Source: Eledone cirrhosa (lineage: Eukaryota). From it: a stretch of DNA of 64,000 bases. The stretch is from positions 34,001 to 98,000 of the forward strand of contig CAXHJY010001396.1 of NCBI GenBank assembly GCA_964016885.1. Direction: 5' to 3'. A program made the translations under genes and the position numbers. The notes beneath the pieces were generated by a model. It was not told where the DNA came from, searched no databases, and worked only from the letters and a program-made list of their open reading frames with translations. Below are positions 50,224 to 62,880 of this stretch, one piece after another. The stretch's first letter is position 1. Each line of letters starts with the position of its first letter.

Positions 50224-51669
50224 ATATATATACATACATATATATATTTATATATATATAGTAATAATAATAAATTTGAAGACTAAAATCCAAAGAGGAC
50301 TCGATAAGGATAAATATATATCAAATATATAAGAACCGTAGAGCAAATATTTATTAAAATAACAGATTAAAGTTTAAGCAAAGAATGGCTGCTTTCACCC
50401 TTAACGGGATCTTCTGAAACTAACAAAGTCAATCTGTAAACGCAGAAGTGGATGTTTCAAAAAATGTTGCAACCGGAGGAAGACAGGAAGACGATACTTT
50501 GGTTCGTGGAAACGTTCCCTGACAAAGAACAGGAAAAAACGAATATAATACGTCATTAATAGGAGTGGTGAAAAACAATTACACGCAAAGACAGACCCAC
50601 GTTTATGGTATAAAAGAAGTCGTAGACTAATGTTAGGTGGTTCATAGAGACGTTCTCTGGCAATGAACGGAAAAAAAACGAAGATAATACGTCATATGTG
50701 GAGCGTAGAGAACAATTGCACGCAAAGACAAAACCACGTAAATGGTATAGCTGAAGTCGTAGACTAAAATTCTAACTATGAAACCGAATGATTCTCCGCT
50801 TCAGAGTTAAGAATAAAGTAAATAAAATACAATACAGAGGTAATTGAAATTAAATAAATACATACACACATCCAAATACGTACATACACAAGCATACGCG
50901 AAAACACTCGCCATAGGTATACAAAACCACGCACATATAAATATGTGTGTGTGTGTGTGCGTGTATACAAATAAATAAGTAATTAAATAAAGGTATATAA
51001 ATAAATAAATACGTATATAACAAGCGCACACACATACCTACATGTAAATACACAAATGTTCGGAGACGTAGGTCAACCAAAACATGAAGTACACATATAC
51101 ACACACCCAACATACGTACGAACCCGCATACTCACACAGACGTAAAACTCCCGTAAGTACACATATACACACACCCAACATACGTACGAACCCGCATACT
51201 CACACAGACGCAAAACTCCCGTATACACATAACCAAAAGCATGTGTACCAGAATATATAAAAATATACGCCATAACATATACAATCAAATATACGTACGA
51301 GAAAGTATACGTACCTTCACAAAACATACAGGTAATATATACTTACCTATGCAAATAAGTAATGGTATAAACATAACATATACTTAGCTACCACATCAAG
51401 ACGTAAAATATCCACGTACAGATCGCACTATCCGTTAGGGTATAATGTGGGGCTGTAATACAGGAAAGTTTTGTGCATACGTGGTTTTGTCTTTGCGTGC
51501 AATTGTTCTCCACGCTTCACATATGACATATTATCTCCGTTCATTGCCAGAGAACGTCTCTATGAACCACCTAAGAGAACATTAGTCTACGACTTCTTTT
51601 ATACTATAAACGTGGTTCTGTCTTTGCGTGTAATTGTTTTTCTCCGCTCCTATTAATGACGTATTATAT

Positions 51670-52534
51670 GCCAGATGCCAGAACAATATAAAAAGTAGCG
51701 AAGCAAGCGGTTTGTCATTTTAGCAGCTTGACCGCATGCGTTAGGCAGGAAGCAAAATATTTACTTGCTATGGGGCTTGCAACCTTATGGCGTGTAAATA
51801 GGCTGTCTGAAGATTCATTTCTTTCCATTGGAAATTCTCTGGATTTCCAATCTTTTGGAATGATGAAACCGTCGGTAACAGCAATGGAACAGGTGATTAT
51901 TTAAATCGTTTTTTTTATTTATTTAGATAATTATTTAATAACCGCTTGCTTCGCTACTTTTTATATTGTTCTGGCATCTCGAATTAGTACCATTGAACCA
52001 CAGGTATTATAAACAACTTGAATATTTCTACAAGTACATTGTACCTGTTGAGGTATTCATCCACTTCTATAATTTTTCTCCTTATGTAGAGAACAAAACG
52101 TTGAATAATGCTGCTAATTTTAGTGGCAATATCAACATGTTTATAATATACAGCTATTATCAGCGACCTGATTTTGCGTGTGTGTCATTTTAACGGCTTG
52201 ACCGCAAGCGTTAGGCAGGGAGCAAAATATTTACTTGCTATGGGGCTTGCAACCTTATGGCGTGTAAATAGGCTGTCTGAAGATTCATTTCTTTCCATTG
52301 GAAATTCTCTGGATTTCCAATCTTTTGGAATGATGAAACCGTCGGTAACAGCAATGGAACAGGTGATTATTTAAATCGTTTTTTTTATTTATTTAGATAA
52401 TTATTTAATAACCGCTTGCTTCGCTACTTTTTATATTGTTCTGGCATCTCGAATTAGTACCATTGAACCACAGGTATTATAAACAACTTGAATATTTCTA
52501 CAAGTACATTGTACCTGTTGAGGTATTCATCCAC

Positions 52535-52540
<6 letters not shown>
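51670..52540 (+). mobile_element. ORF-less module: short inverted piece + 470-bp-period tandem, each unit with a hammerhead
   Basis: ~51712-52069 repeated at ~52183-52539; 51673-51711 is the reverse complement of ~51940-51979. Confidence 0.8.
51802..51882 (+). ncRNA. Type I hammerhead ribozyme with extended stem II (identical copy 52272-52352)
   Basis: GCTGT-CTGAAGA-T TCATTTC..TTGGAAAT..ATTTCCAA..GGAATGA T-GAAACC GTC GGTA-ACAGC; GUA triplet. Confidence 0.75.
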
Positions 52541-52598
<58 letters not shown>

Positions 52599-53696
52599 AT
52601 GTGTATATATATATGAGACTGCTTTTTCTAATAACCAATTTTTCACTAACTTATTAATTTGTGATTGAGACACGTTTGGCTGAGAGCTTATCACGGGAGC
52701 AGAACTATTTGATTTCTAATCTCCTGCCATCACGTAAATATATAAATCGGTGGCCGGTTGGGGGACAGCATTGTATCAGATCCCAGTTGCTAATCACTTT
52801 ACTGTTTTGGCCGTCACCAGCAGTCATAGCCGGCACGGACTGGAGTCGAATTCTGTCGATCGATTGGTTATTGATTAGGCGAAACCCACTGATGAAGACA
52901 CATGCGCCGATTATGCATTGTTGTATAATATATGCGGCCAGAGGGCGCAGTGCACCTTACTGCTGCATTAAGTGTGGCCGAAACTCGAGTTCCGGAACTA
53001 CTATAGTTACCCTTTTACGTGTGTTGTATTGAAGCGAATAACTATGTGTATGCTCTGGGAGTGTAATTCACATTACATATCGAGTACGCTGAGATGCAAC
53101 CAGTCCTAGCAGTGATACCTATTCTAGGTCCGTCAACTTCTTATATATATATATATATATACAGTGTCCTTTTGTTTGCAACAAGTCCTAACTCTGATTA
53201 ATTATTTGAAAATAATGTAAAACAAAGTAAACCCCGCCCAATTTTACAAATACGTATCTAAATACATTTTACAGTTAAAATACACTGAAATACAAAACAA
53301 TTCTAAAGAAATTACGATGCACGCAACTAATACAATGAAACATGAAATGACAGGCACTCCTGCGACATTCTATATTATGTTATATAATGATGTCATTTAA
53401 CGAAAATTGATAACAAAAATATAATTGGAAGGGTCTAGATAAACAATATGATTATCTTACATGACAGAAGGCATGTTTTAGCCTATAAAAACGCTACATC
53501 CTCCAGATCGGTATATTTCTGTTTAAGTAACTGACACATCGTCAGTTCTACACTGTTAGGTCATTTATCGTACTCTTCAGACCCGATGTTATATAATGCT
53601 GTCATTGATATTTTTACTCTCTGCTGTTTTGCTGGTGAACACTATTCAGGTAGGATACATTTCTTGGTCTTATTAATCTATATACTGTCCGGTTAC

Positions 53697-53795
53697 CAGG
53701 GTTGGATTTAGACCTCGAGGGGCTCGGGGCACTTCAGGATAAGGGGCACCCTCATACACCCCCCTTTTCCCCACTCCCCATTAAATCCGGCCCTA
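53697..53795. mobile_element. hAT MITE (99 bp)
   Basis: CAGGGTTGGATTTA / TAAATCCGGCCCTA TIRs; perfect 8-bp TSD CCGGTTAC. Confidence 0.85.
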
Positions 53796-53965
53796 CCGGT
53801 TACGTAAGCCTAGTTTGAGAAGATGGATCGTCCGCGTTTGATTTGCCGAATTTGGAGGGTGAGTATGGTTTGGTTTAACATGAGTCATGAGTACAGGTTG
53901 GCGTTCAATTTAGGGTGTTTGATGAGGATTTGTGAACTGATTGATTAATTACGTGTACACAAACG

Positions 53966-54062
<97 letters not shown>

Positions 54063-54589
54063 TAGGCTGTTTCATATTTATAGGGAAAACATTTTTGTTG
54101 GAATCACCTCGTGTCGATTGCACCCTGAATCCATTTTACATAAAAGCTACAGGTGAAAAACCGAGAAGATACGGATATATTTAAGGGTTGTACAGTTTGG
54201 TGCTCTTTGAATGCTATACCAAAATTTAAAAAAAAAACTTTCTTCAGTATTTGTTGATCGTAGCTAGGTTTCCCTACACCAACACCACCATCACCTACAT
54301 CACCATCGCCATCACAACTACATCACTATCATCACCCAAACCACCAACATCATGAGAAGTGCTCTTGTGTTTTCTCTACCATCACGTGAAACTCGGGGAC
54401 AAAATTTCAGTTGCCGTAAAAAGCACTTGCCAGAAGATCTAAGTAGTGTGAGGAAAAACAAATATCCCTACCAAAGCAGAAAAAAACAAACAAATATAAG
54501 GAGTGAAAAAAGAAAAGTCAAGAAGACAGACACTGGCTAGTCCTTACTGGGATGGAAAATTATTACCATCGGCTTTCCGATCCAGCACT

Positions 54590-55080
54590 CACGAAGATTG
54601 GATTGCAGTCTTAATTACAGAAAAAGGAAAGAGGGAGCTCTTACAGATGGAACCGGACAACAAGTCGCTGAAATCGTTTTGAAGGAAATTCAACGACTTA
54701 AAATTGAGGATAGAATAATTGGTATGTCCTTCAACACAACCGTCAGTAACACCAGCATGCACCAAGGAGCCAATACGAAAATTGAAGCAGCTCTGACAAA
54801 ATACCTTTTGTGGCTGGCTTACCACTATCACATTCTTGAACTGGTTTTGAAGAAAGTCTGAGATCTTTTGCTCATCATCTGGTCCCGGTATCCCACTGTT
54901 CAAAAGGTTCCAGGATCGTTGGGTCTCAATAGATAAGTCTCATCAAACTATCCTGGACGATGATGAACTCGTGGAAGATTTTTACAAGCAAACCAGGGAG
55001 GGGATGGTTGAATATCTACTGACTGTATGCTTTCTGGAGGTCATCCCCGAGAAGACCATATTGGAAGTTGGCCATGTTCC
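54590..55080 (+). pseudogene. DNA transposase fragment (hAT-superfamily, hATm-like; tentative)
   Basis: DGTGQQVAEIV...GMSFNTTVSNT...LLWLAYHYHILEL resembles the 'FDTTxSNTG...LLWLACRHH' DDE/CxxH core with catalytic residues decayed. Confidence 0.55.
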
Positions 55081-55125
55081 CAGTTCATTTTCTCGGTCCC
55101 AGGAGCTTACCACCAGGCCCGTTGG

Positions 55126-55156
<31 letters not shown>

Positions 55157-55206
55157 TGTATGTATGTATGTATGTATGTATGTATGTATGAATGTATGTA
55201 TGTATG

Positions 55207-56362
55207 TCAGGTCACCAGTTGGTGCTACTGGTAACATGTATCCCAGTACAACCTGTCTCATGGTCGGGTCGTTGGCGAATAAACTGGCAACCCCACCAAG
55301 GTTTCTTGGTGAGGAGGGTGACTTTGGACATCCTGCAGGACAAAAAAAAAACCCCGTCAAAGTCCAAAGGAGCTCTTAAGAGTCAATGGCCATCCAAAAT
55401 CACCAGGAGAGATGACCCCTTAGCTTTTGTCAGAATTCTAGGAGAAGGAAAACTCTGATATAACACCTGCAACCTTGATGGTATCCAATGATGTTGACTT
55501 GTTCTTCTTTTTGGTAAATATCATCTTGGTTAAGAGAGTGGGACTGGCTTTGTGTAGTGCCTTTGCTCACTATAAAAGCTTCACGGCACAGGCATTGCTT
55601 TATATCTGGAGATCTCTCTGCACTTGTCGTCATATGGTAACATGAGCCCAGCACTATGTGTCAATAATTGTCACAAGTGTAGTGTTTGTACCAGAGTTTT
55701 CAAGTCGCTGGCTGGACTAAAACGTCACACTCGTTCAGCGTATCGGTAGGGGTTCTCTTACATGGATATAAAGTAGTGGCCGTACTCGAAAACGAGTTTG
55801 CAGCCACCATGTATGTATGTATGTATGTATGCATGTTTGTATATATGTATGCATGCATGCATGCTTGTATGTATGTATGTATGTATGTATGTATGTATGT
55901 ATGTATGTATGTATGTATGTATGTATGTATGTATGCATGTTTGTATGTATGTATGTATTCCGGGAGAGATGACTCCTTAGCCTTTGTCAAGGCAGAATTC
56001 TAGGAGAAGGAAAACTCTGATATAACACCTGCAACCCTGATGGTATCCAATGATGTTGACTTGTTCTTCTTTTTGGTAAATATCATCTTGGTTAAGAGAG
56101 TGGGACTGGCTTTGTGCAGTGCCTTTGCTCACTATAAAAGCTTCATGGCACAGGCATTGCTTTATATCTGGAGATCTCTCTGCACTTGTCGTCCATGGGC
56201 CCAGCACTATGTGTCAATAATTGTCACAGGTGTAGTGTTAGTACCAGAGTTTTCAAGTCGCTGGCTGGACTAAAAAGTCACACTCGTTCAGCGCATCGGT
56301 AGGAGTTCTCCTACATGGATATAAAGTAGTGGCCGTACTCGAAAACGAGTTGGCAGCCACCA
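55207..56362 (+). mobile_element. Two tandem copies (one 5'-truncated) of a non-coding retroposon with (ATGT)n tails, probably RTE-mobilised
   Basis: ~55405-55809 repeated at ~55963-56362; both end in the hairpin GTGGCCGTACTCGAAAACGAGTT(T/G)GCAGCCAC followed by (ATGT)n. Confidence 0.6.
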
Positions 56363-56417
56363 TGTATGTATGTATGTATGTATGTATGTATGTATGTATG
56401 TATGTATGTATGTATGT

Positions 56418-58090
56418 ATCTCGACCGAGGTCTCCCCAAGGCTTACTTCCATCTCTCCTCCACTTACCACCCTTTCCTCTCCCAATCCCTTATCCAATTG
56501 ATCCTTTACTTCAATCGCCTCCTTTTCAATTTCCTCACTTCCATAAAAAACACAAACTCGACGCTCTTCGCTCCCCGCCCGCCGTCACCTCCCATACTCA
56601 TATCACCTCCAACCCTAACCCCTTTATCCCGTCACCAACCACCCCCTTTCCTCTCCCCACCACTCAATCTGCACACGCTTTGCCCAACCACCTTGACTCC
56701 TGTGGCTCCGCCTCTTTCACTCCTTCACGTCCTTGCACTGTAGTCACCATACCCCAGGACCTACCACTCTCCGAAGCTGAGCGCTCCCTCCACGAGTTCC
56801 GCACACGTGCCGAGATTGAAGGGTTCTTCGTCGATTTAAGTTGAAAGCTTTTTTTCACGACACGCCATCATCGACACAGACGGATGACTTCATTCGTCTC
56901 AGTCGCCGGCAATCACATTGGACGCCGAACTCTGGCCAATTCAGTACCCTCGACTCCTTTGTCGATACTTGCCGGCGTACTGTGAATCGGTTCTGTTTCC
57001 ACCAGCATTCTCGTCGCTCTAACATCACGCGAACCGAGCTTTCTGCTCTTCGCAACCTTCAGCGTCGCGATAACATTGTCATCAAACCCGTTGACAAAGG
57101 TGGCGCTGTGGTGGTTTGTAGCGCTGACCTCTATATGGCTGAGGTTCTCCGCCAGCATCACAATACCCTTTTTTACCGCCCTTTATCATCCGACCCCACT
57201 CCTGGCTACCAACAACTCGTGTCCACCACCACCCACGAGCTCATCTCCTCCTCTCCCCTACCCCTCACAGCCACCAACCTTAATGTACGCACCCCTCGCA
57301 CACTCACCATCTACTTCCTCCTCAAAATACACAAACAAAATAATCCCGGCCGTCCTATCGTTTCTGCGTGCAACTGCTCCACCGGGATAATTTCTGAATA
57401 TTTAGACACCATCCTCGCCCCGTTGGTCGGCAATCTCCCCTCCCACATCCACGATACAAATCATGCCCTTAGACTCTTCAACTTTTCTCCTTCCCTCCTA
57501 GTCCTTCTCGCCTTCTCTTTACCTTGGACATAACCTCTCTCTATACCGTCATCCCTCATCATGACAGCTTCTGCGCTCTCCAACATTTTTTAGATTTACG
57601 CTCTAAGCCTTACCCCAGCACTACCACTTTTCTCCGTCTGGCTGAGCTTGTTTTCACTCTCAATGGATTTTCTTTTTCGGGTGAATTTTATCAGCAGGTC
57701 TCTGGGGTAGCGATGGGAACCAGAATGGGTCTAAACTATGCCAACTTGTTTGTTGGCTACGTCGAAGCCCAGATCTTCTCCCAGTACGCTGGACCGACTC
57801 CTGAGCTATACGGTCGTTATATCGACGACTGTATCGGCGCCACCTCTCTATCATGAGAACAGCTCGACTGTTTTCTTTCTTTTGTCCAGACGGGTACGTG
57901 CCGGCTTTCCATCCTTCTCTCAATTTCACCGCCTCCGTCTCTGATTCTTCTGTCGCTTTTCTAGATATCTCTCTATCTATTAATCACTCTCACCACACCC
58001 TCTCTACTTCTATCTTCATTAAACCAACAGACTCCCAATCTTACCTCGACTTCACCTCTTCCCATTTAGCTCACACCATACACTCCATAC
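56418..58090 (+). mobile_element. Second Neptune-type PLE RT fragment, degenerate
   Basis: IVIKPVDKGGAVVV, PGRPIVSACNC, DITSLY, GVAMGTRMGLNYAN, RYIDD; related to 25001-27620. Confidence 0.88.
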
Positions 58091-58924
58091 ACCTGCCCGC
58101 TGAAGCCTCCCCCGTATGAAACAATGTATTATGAACATTGAAACATCCCAGAGGTCAATTACAACAATATATATAACAAAATAAGATAAATAGCATGTCA
58201 AACATTGATTACTAGGATTAGCTTGGAAATCTCAAACTCTATTGTCTCCAACGGCACTGTGAGTGCGACATCAAATGTACGATGTGAAAAATATTTCGTT
58301 CAATATCTCCCATGTGACTCTGGCAGCGATTTTAAAAATATAATTCGAGCTCGCATAACATAACAATATTATTTCACACCAACTGACCCTTCTCCCTTCA
58401 ACATCACATGAAAATAAAACCAGGAAGCAAAATTTCCCGAAGCCTTCAAACGGCACACGGAAAAATTCTTTCAAGAAATACCAGATAAACCACTTACACC
58501 TAGGCAAATACTAACTGAATCCTACATAGGTTATCAAAATTATACATATTAATAAATACGTTGGTGGTAACGAACGGAAAGAAGATTTCTCAATATCGGA
58601 GATGACTGTAATTTACATTATATATATATATATATACATACACACATACAAACTTACGTACATACAGGATAGCATAATACAGAAATTCATGTAATAACTG
58701 CATATACACATGTATAGATAAAAAACATATGCACGTGTGCACATATAACACAAAACATACAGATCCACATTCATACAATAACATCCATACCTGCACACAC
58801 ATGTGCGCGCGCAAGCAGACAGTTACATATTTGCCTAGTTGATGTCTAAATTCCAATGGAAGAGTCTTATGTCTATGTTAAAATACAGCTCTCTCTATTG
58901 GTAAAACATTAGAAAATAATTGTT

Positions 58925-59103
58925 TCTACGTTAGGCACAAGTCCAGCAATTACCCAGTGCATTACTGGTACTTTATTTTATCGACCCCGTAAGGATGAAA
59001 AGCAAAGTCAACCTCGGCGGGATTTGAACTCAGATAGAAAAGGACGTAACTATGCTGGAAAGCATGGCGTCCGACCCTCTACCGATACTGCCAATCCACC
59101 GCC
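58925..59103 (-). mobile_element. Meta-domain SINE copy
   Basis: Reverse complement of the 5811-5992 family. Confidence 0.8.
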
Positions 59104-59147
59104 TATTAGAAAATAATGAAACCAGAACATACATAAATACATACATA

Positions 59148-60162
59148 CAGTGGCGGACTGGGTCTAAAAATATTGGTTGCCAGGAGATGAAGGGGCCCAA
59201 CTAGCATATAGAATGCTATCATTTAATTTTTGTAATGAATAAATAGCATTTTCGAAAAATACATAAGTGGAAACAAAACAGTGCAATCAAAATTTTGCGA
59301 GAAAATATCTTACCTTCTCCAATAAAAAATATTATGTATTTTGCGAAATCCAGAGACTTTCAATAATGACCAGAAATCGACCCTAAATATTACCAATAGC
59401 TCTAGGAAAGCCATGAACGACACCATATCTTTTTAATTTTGATTTTGAAAGTAGGTTTATAATTATCAATTTTCATTATACTTTTGTAGCTGTCTCGGTG
59501 GCCTAGCGGGAGGAATCATAGACGGTGGTGATCCTGGTCTGAAGTTCGATCCTGGTCGGGAGTAGGGTTCCCGGTAAACCTTTTCAGTTTTTTCTATTGG
59601 TTGTAAAATAAAACTGAAAAAAAGGTTACATGTACCTCTTGGCCAGGATTGAACCCAAGGCCAGGATCTCCACCGTCTTTAGTACCTACCGCTAGGCAAC
59701 AGAGACAACTACGAAAAAAATCTACTGAAAATTCATACTTATAAACCTACTTTCAAAATTTTCAAAACAAAGTCTCGTGGTGTCGTTCCTGTCTTTCTTA
59801 ATGTTATTGCTCCTACTTAAGGTCGACTTCTAAATCACTTGGGTGTTCCATAAACTACATCCTCGTTTTGTTTCTCATCTATCTAGACTATATTTTAACC
59901 CGCAATCCATGTTTCATTTCTGTTCCACCTCATTTCTCCCCCTCCTTGGCTGACCAAATGCTTTGCTTAATTGTTTTATTTATTTAAAATCTTTTTTTAT
60001 TCTTTCTCTTAGATTTCAGGTATTTTTTGAAAGCAAAGCATTGGCCGCTAAAATACTACAGTTGGCCCTGCAATGCTACTGTGGGCTCTTGCAATGCTAC
60101 CGTGGGACCCTTGGGGCCCACTTGCCATTGGGCAACCTGGCAACCTGGCCAGTCCGCCACTA
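59148..60162. mobile_element. Non-autonomous hAT element containing an internal fold-back of tRNA-like sequences
   Basis: TIR CAGTGGCGGACTGG / CCAGTCCGCCACTA; 8-bp TSD CATACATA/CATACACA; internal IR ~59370-59562 vs ~59635-59832. Confidence 0.8.
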
Positions 60163-60838
60163 CATACACACATACATGCATACATACACTGCCGGTCTTC
60201 CACAAACAGCCTTGCCCGGACTTGTGCCTCGGAGGGAAACTTTCTAGGTGCAAATCCCATGGTCATACGTGATCGGGGGGGGGGGGGTATTTATTTATTT
60301 ATTTATTCCTTAGTTTCTCTCAAGCGCCAATATCCTTATAATATTCTCATCTTTTCTTCCATTCACAGCCGAAACCAATCCATAACTTGAGCGAACCAGA
60401 CCTTGAAGAGGCCAAACGTATCGGATTTCTGGAAGCTAGGAAGACTAAAACACGCAAATATATACACTCACGCGCATACGCACGCACACACACATACGTA
60501 TACACATACACACACACATATATATATTGAGAAAAACAATGAAGTTTCGTTAACACGTAGTTTTTTCTAATTGTGTATTGACCTGTTACGCGCGTTTCTC
60601 AGGGGTTTGGCTCAGTGTCACCCATATATTTTGTTGAATCACCAGCCTGAAAAGCAGTGTGAAGAGCAGATCAATATTGACACCGGGTCCACAACTTCTA
60701 TGGGTGACCTTAATTGTCGATACACAATAAACTAACTACGTTTAAACGAAACTTCATCGTTTCCTAATATATGCGCTCTGCCTGTACATAGATGGCTCAT
60801 TTTATTACCACCTCCAATAGTTCACTGAATCACATACA

Positions 60839-60905
<67 letters not shown>

Positions 60906-61031
60906 TATGTTGGTTGAATACTGATGAGTTCTCCCCATCCTGGGGTTCTCGAAGGGTAAATGAACTCTGGCGAGAACTCCAAGATGGGAAGAGCTCATCA
61001 GTACTCCACCAACATGCCAGAATGGGGGCAC

Positions 61032-61115
<84 letters not shown>

Positions 61116-61224
61116 GTATATATCTACACATACACACACACATTTTTTATATACATATATATATATGTACATACACACACACACACATATATAATATATA
61201 TATATAGAGAGAGAAAGTGTCTGC

Positions 61225-62080
61225 AGTGCTAAGACCGAGGAGACCACTAATCATGGGAGTACTCGATATATGGGGAGATGCAGAGTGGGTATAGAGGTCA
61301 TAAGTATTTAAGTATTCATTGTCATATGTAAATAGGAGGCCCAGTTCATCAGTGTCAACGTCACAGAACTCTACCTCACTCTCACTGATTATTTCCACAC
61401 ATTTTCCTACAGCAAAATCAATATCAATGAATGGGTACAGGGACATTGCATCCATACTGCCTTTGTGTAGTTTATTAAGTTTTCGTTGTTGTTGCATTCA
61501 TTGATTCTGATGAGGAGGTCCTCTGTGCTGTCAAATAAATCTGGGAACATCTTAATTATGGGGCGTATAATCATAGAGAGGAAGTAGGAAATCCTGTAGT
61601 TGCTAGTAATATTGTTGGTGGTCCTGTTATAAGGTCGTTCATTGTTTTATGGTCTTTGCGGAGCCCATACAAGGATGGTATGTCACTGTTAGAGGTTTGG
61701 AAACTATTGGCTGTACGTCTACTTGGTTTTAGGATGTCAGTCCACATCATGTGAACATTGAAGTTCTTTTCTCTTTCTTCATGTGTCTGTGGTGTTGTTT
61801 CGCTCGTGTTGATGATATGGAGTTGCATAGACTTGATGTAGTTTGGCATGTTGTCTATTGACATCCTACCGGATTTGTCTGTGGGTAGACACACTAGCTC
61901 ACCATCCCCCATGCGCTGCATGAGGCTAAGTAAGCCTTCTACAGGTTGTTGAATCACTGGTCTGTTTTGTCTCCTAGTATATTGTTCTACTTCCTGTCTA
62001 AGTTTATTTCTAGCTATGGTAAACTGTGCCTCTGTTTGTTTAAACTGTGCCTCTGTTTGTTGTGGTATACAAAGCCTTTT
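61225..62080 (-). mobile_element. Penelope-like RT fragment (same family as 44650-45180)
   Basis: LVCLPTDKSGR, LYGLRKDHK, GPPT, STEDL, GSMDAMSLYPFID. Confidence 0.8.
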
Positions 62081-62101
62081 ATATATTTGCAAAACATATA
62101 T

Positions 62102-62133
<32 letters not shown>

Positions 62134-62169
62134 GTGTGTGTGTGAGTGTATGTGTGTCTGGGGGTGGGT

Positions 62170-62880
62170 GTGGGTGTATGTGTGGACACGTTTTTTTCAT
62201 GTCGTTCCAAGAAATCTTTGTAGAAGGTGTGATCGACTATCTGTCCTTGAGGTAAAATTCTTTGTGAACAATACCACGGCTGTCGAAAAAATGAGTCATC
62301 GTTTTCACCATGGATCTGCTCATCCATGCTTTCTTCGGACGGGGAGAATTTTTCGTATGCCACTTCTCACTTTGTCATTTTGTCTTTGGATCATACTCGA
62401 ACACCCATGTTTCATTTCCTGTTATTGTTTTATCTAAGTTTTTTGGCTCAATTTTCAGTTTTTCTAGCAAATCCTGACACATTTCCAATCTGTTCGCCTT
62501 TTGCTCTACAGACAAATGTCTGGGCCTTGGTATTGCATAAAATTTTCGCATGTGCAAATGATCTGTTAAAATTCTATGAATTGTATTTATATCCAAGCCC
62601 ATTTCTTCTGCAACCATCCTAACACTTAATCGGCGATCTTTCGCCATCATCGCTCACACCGTTTCACATTTTGTTCATTTGTTAATGAGTTGGCCTTCCA
62701 GAACGAGGTTCTTTTTCAACATTTTCTTGGCCCTCTTTGAAAACTTTGTGCCACTTAAAAAACCTACTTCTCGATAGAATGGCAACTCTATAAGCCTGTG
62801 TTAAAAAATTAAATGTTTCGATTGCAAATATGTTTAGTTTCACACAAAGTTTGATTGCGTACCGTTTAATCCGAATCTGC
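62170..62880 (-). pseudogene. mariner transposase fragment
   Basis: RYAIKLCVKL..FFKWHKVFKEG (HTH), DRRLSVRMVAEEMGL..LHMRK..PRHLS..ITGNETWVFEYDPKTK, LPQGQIVDHTFY; stops and frameshifts. Confidence 0.88.

Noticed and set aside
59488-59562. Bona fide tRNA gene
   Set aside because: A/B boxes are present but there is no clean cloverleaf or acceptor stem; treated as tRNA-derived.
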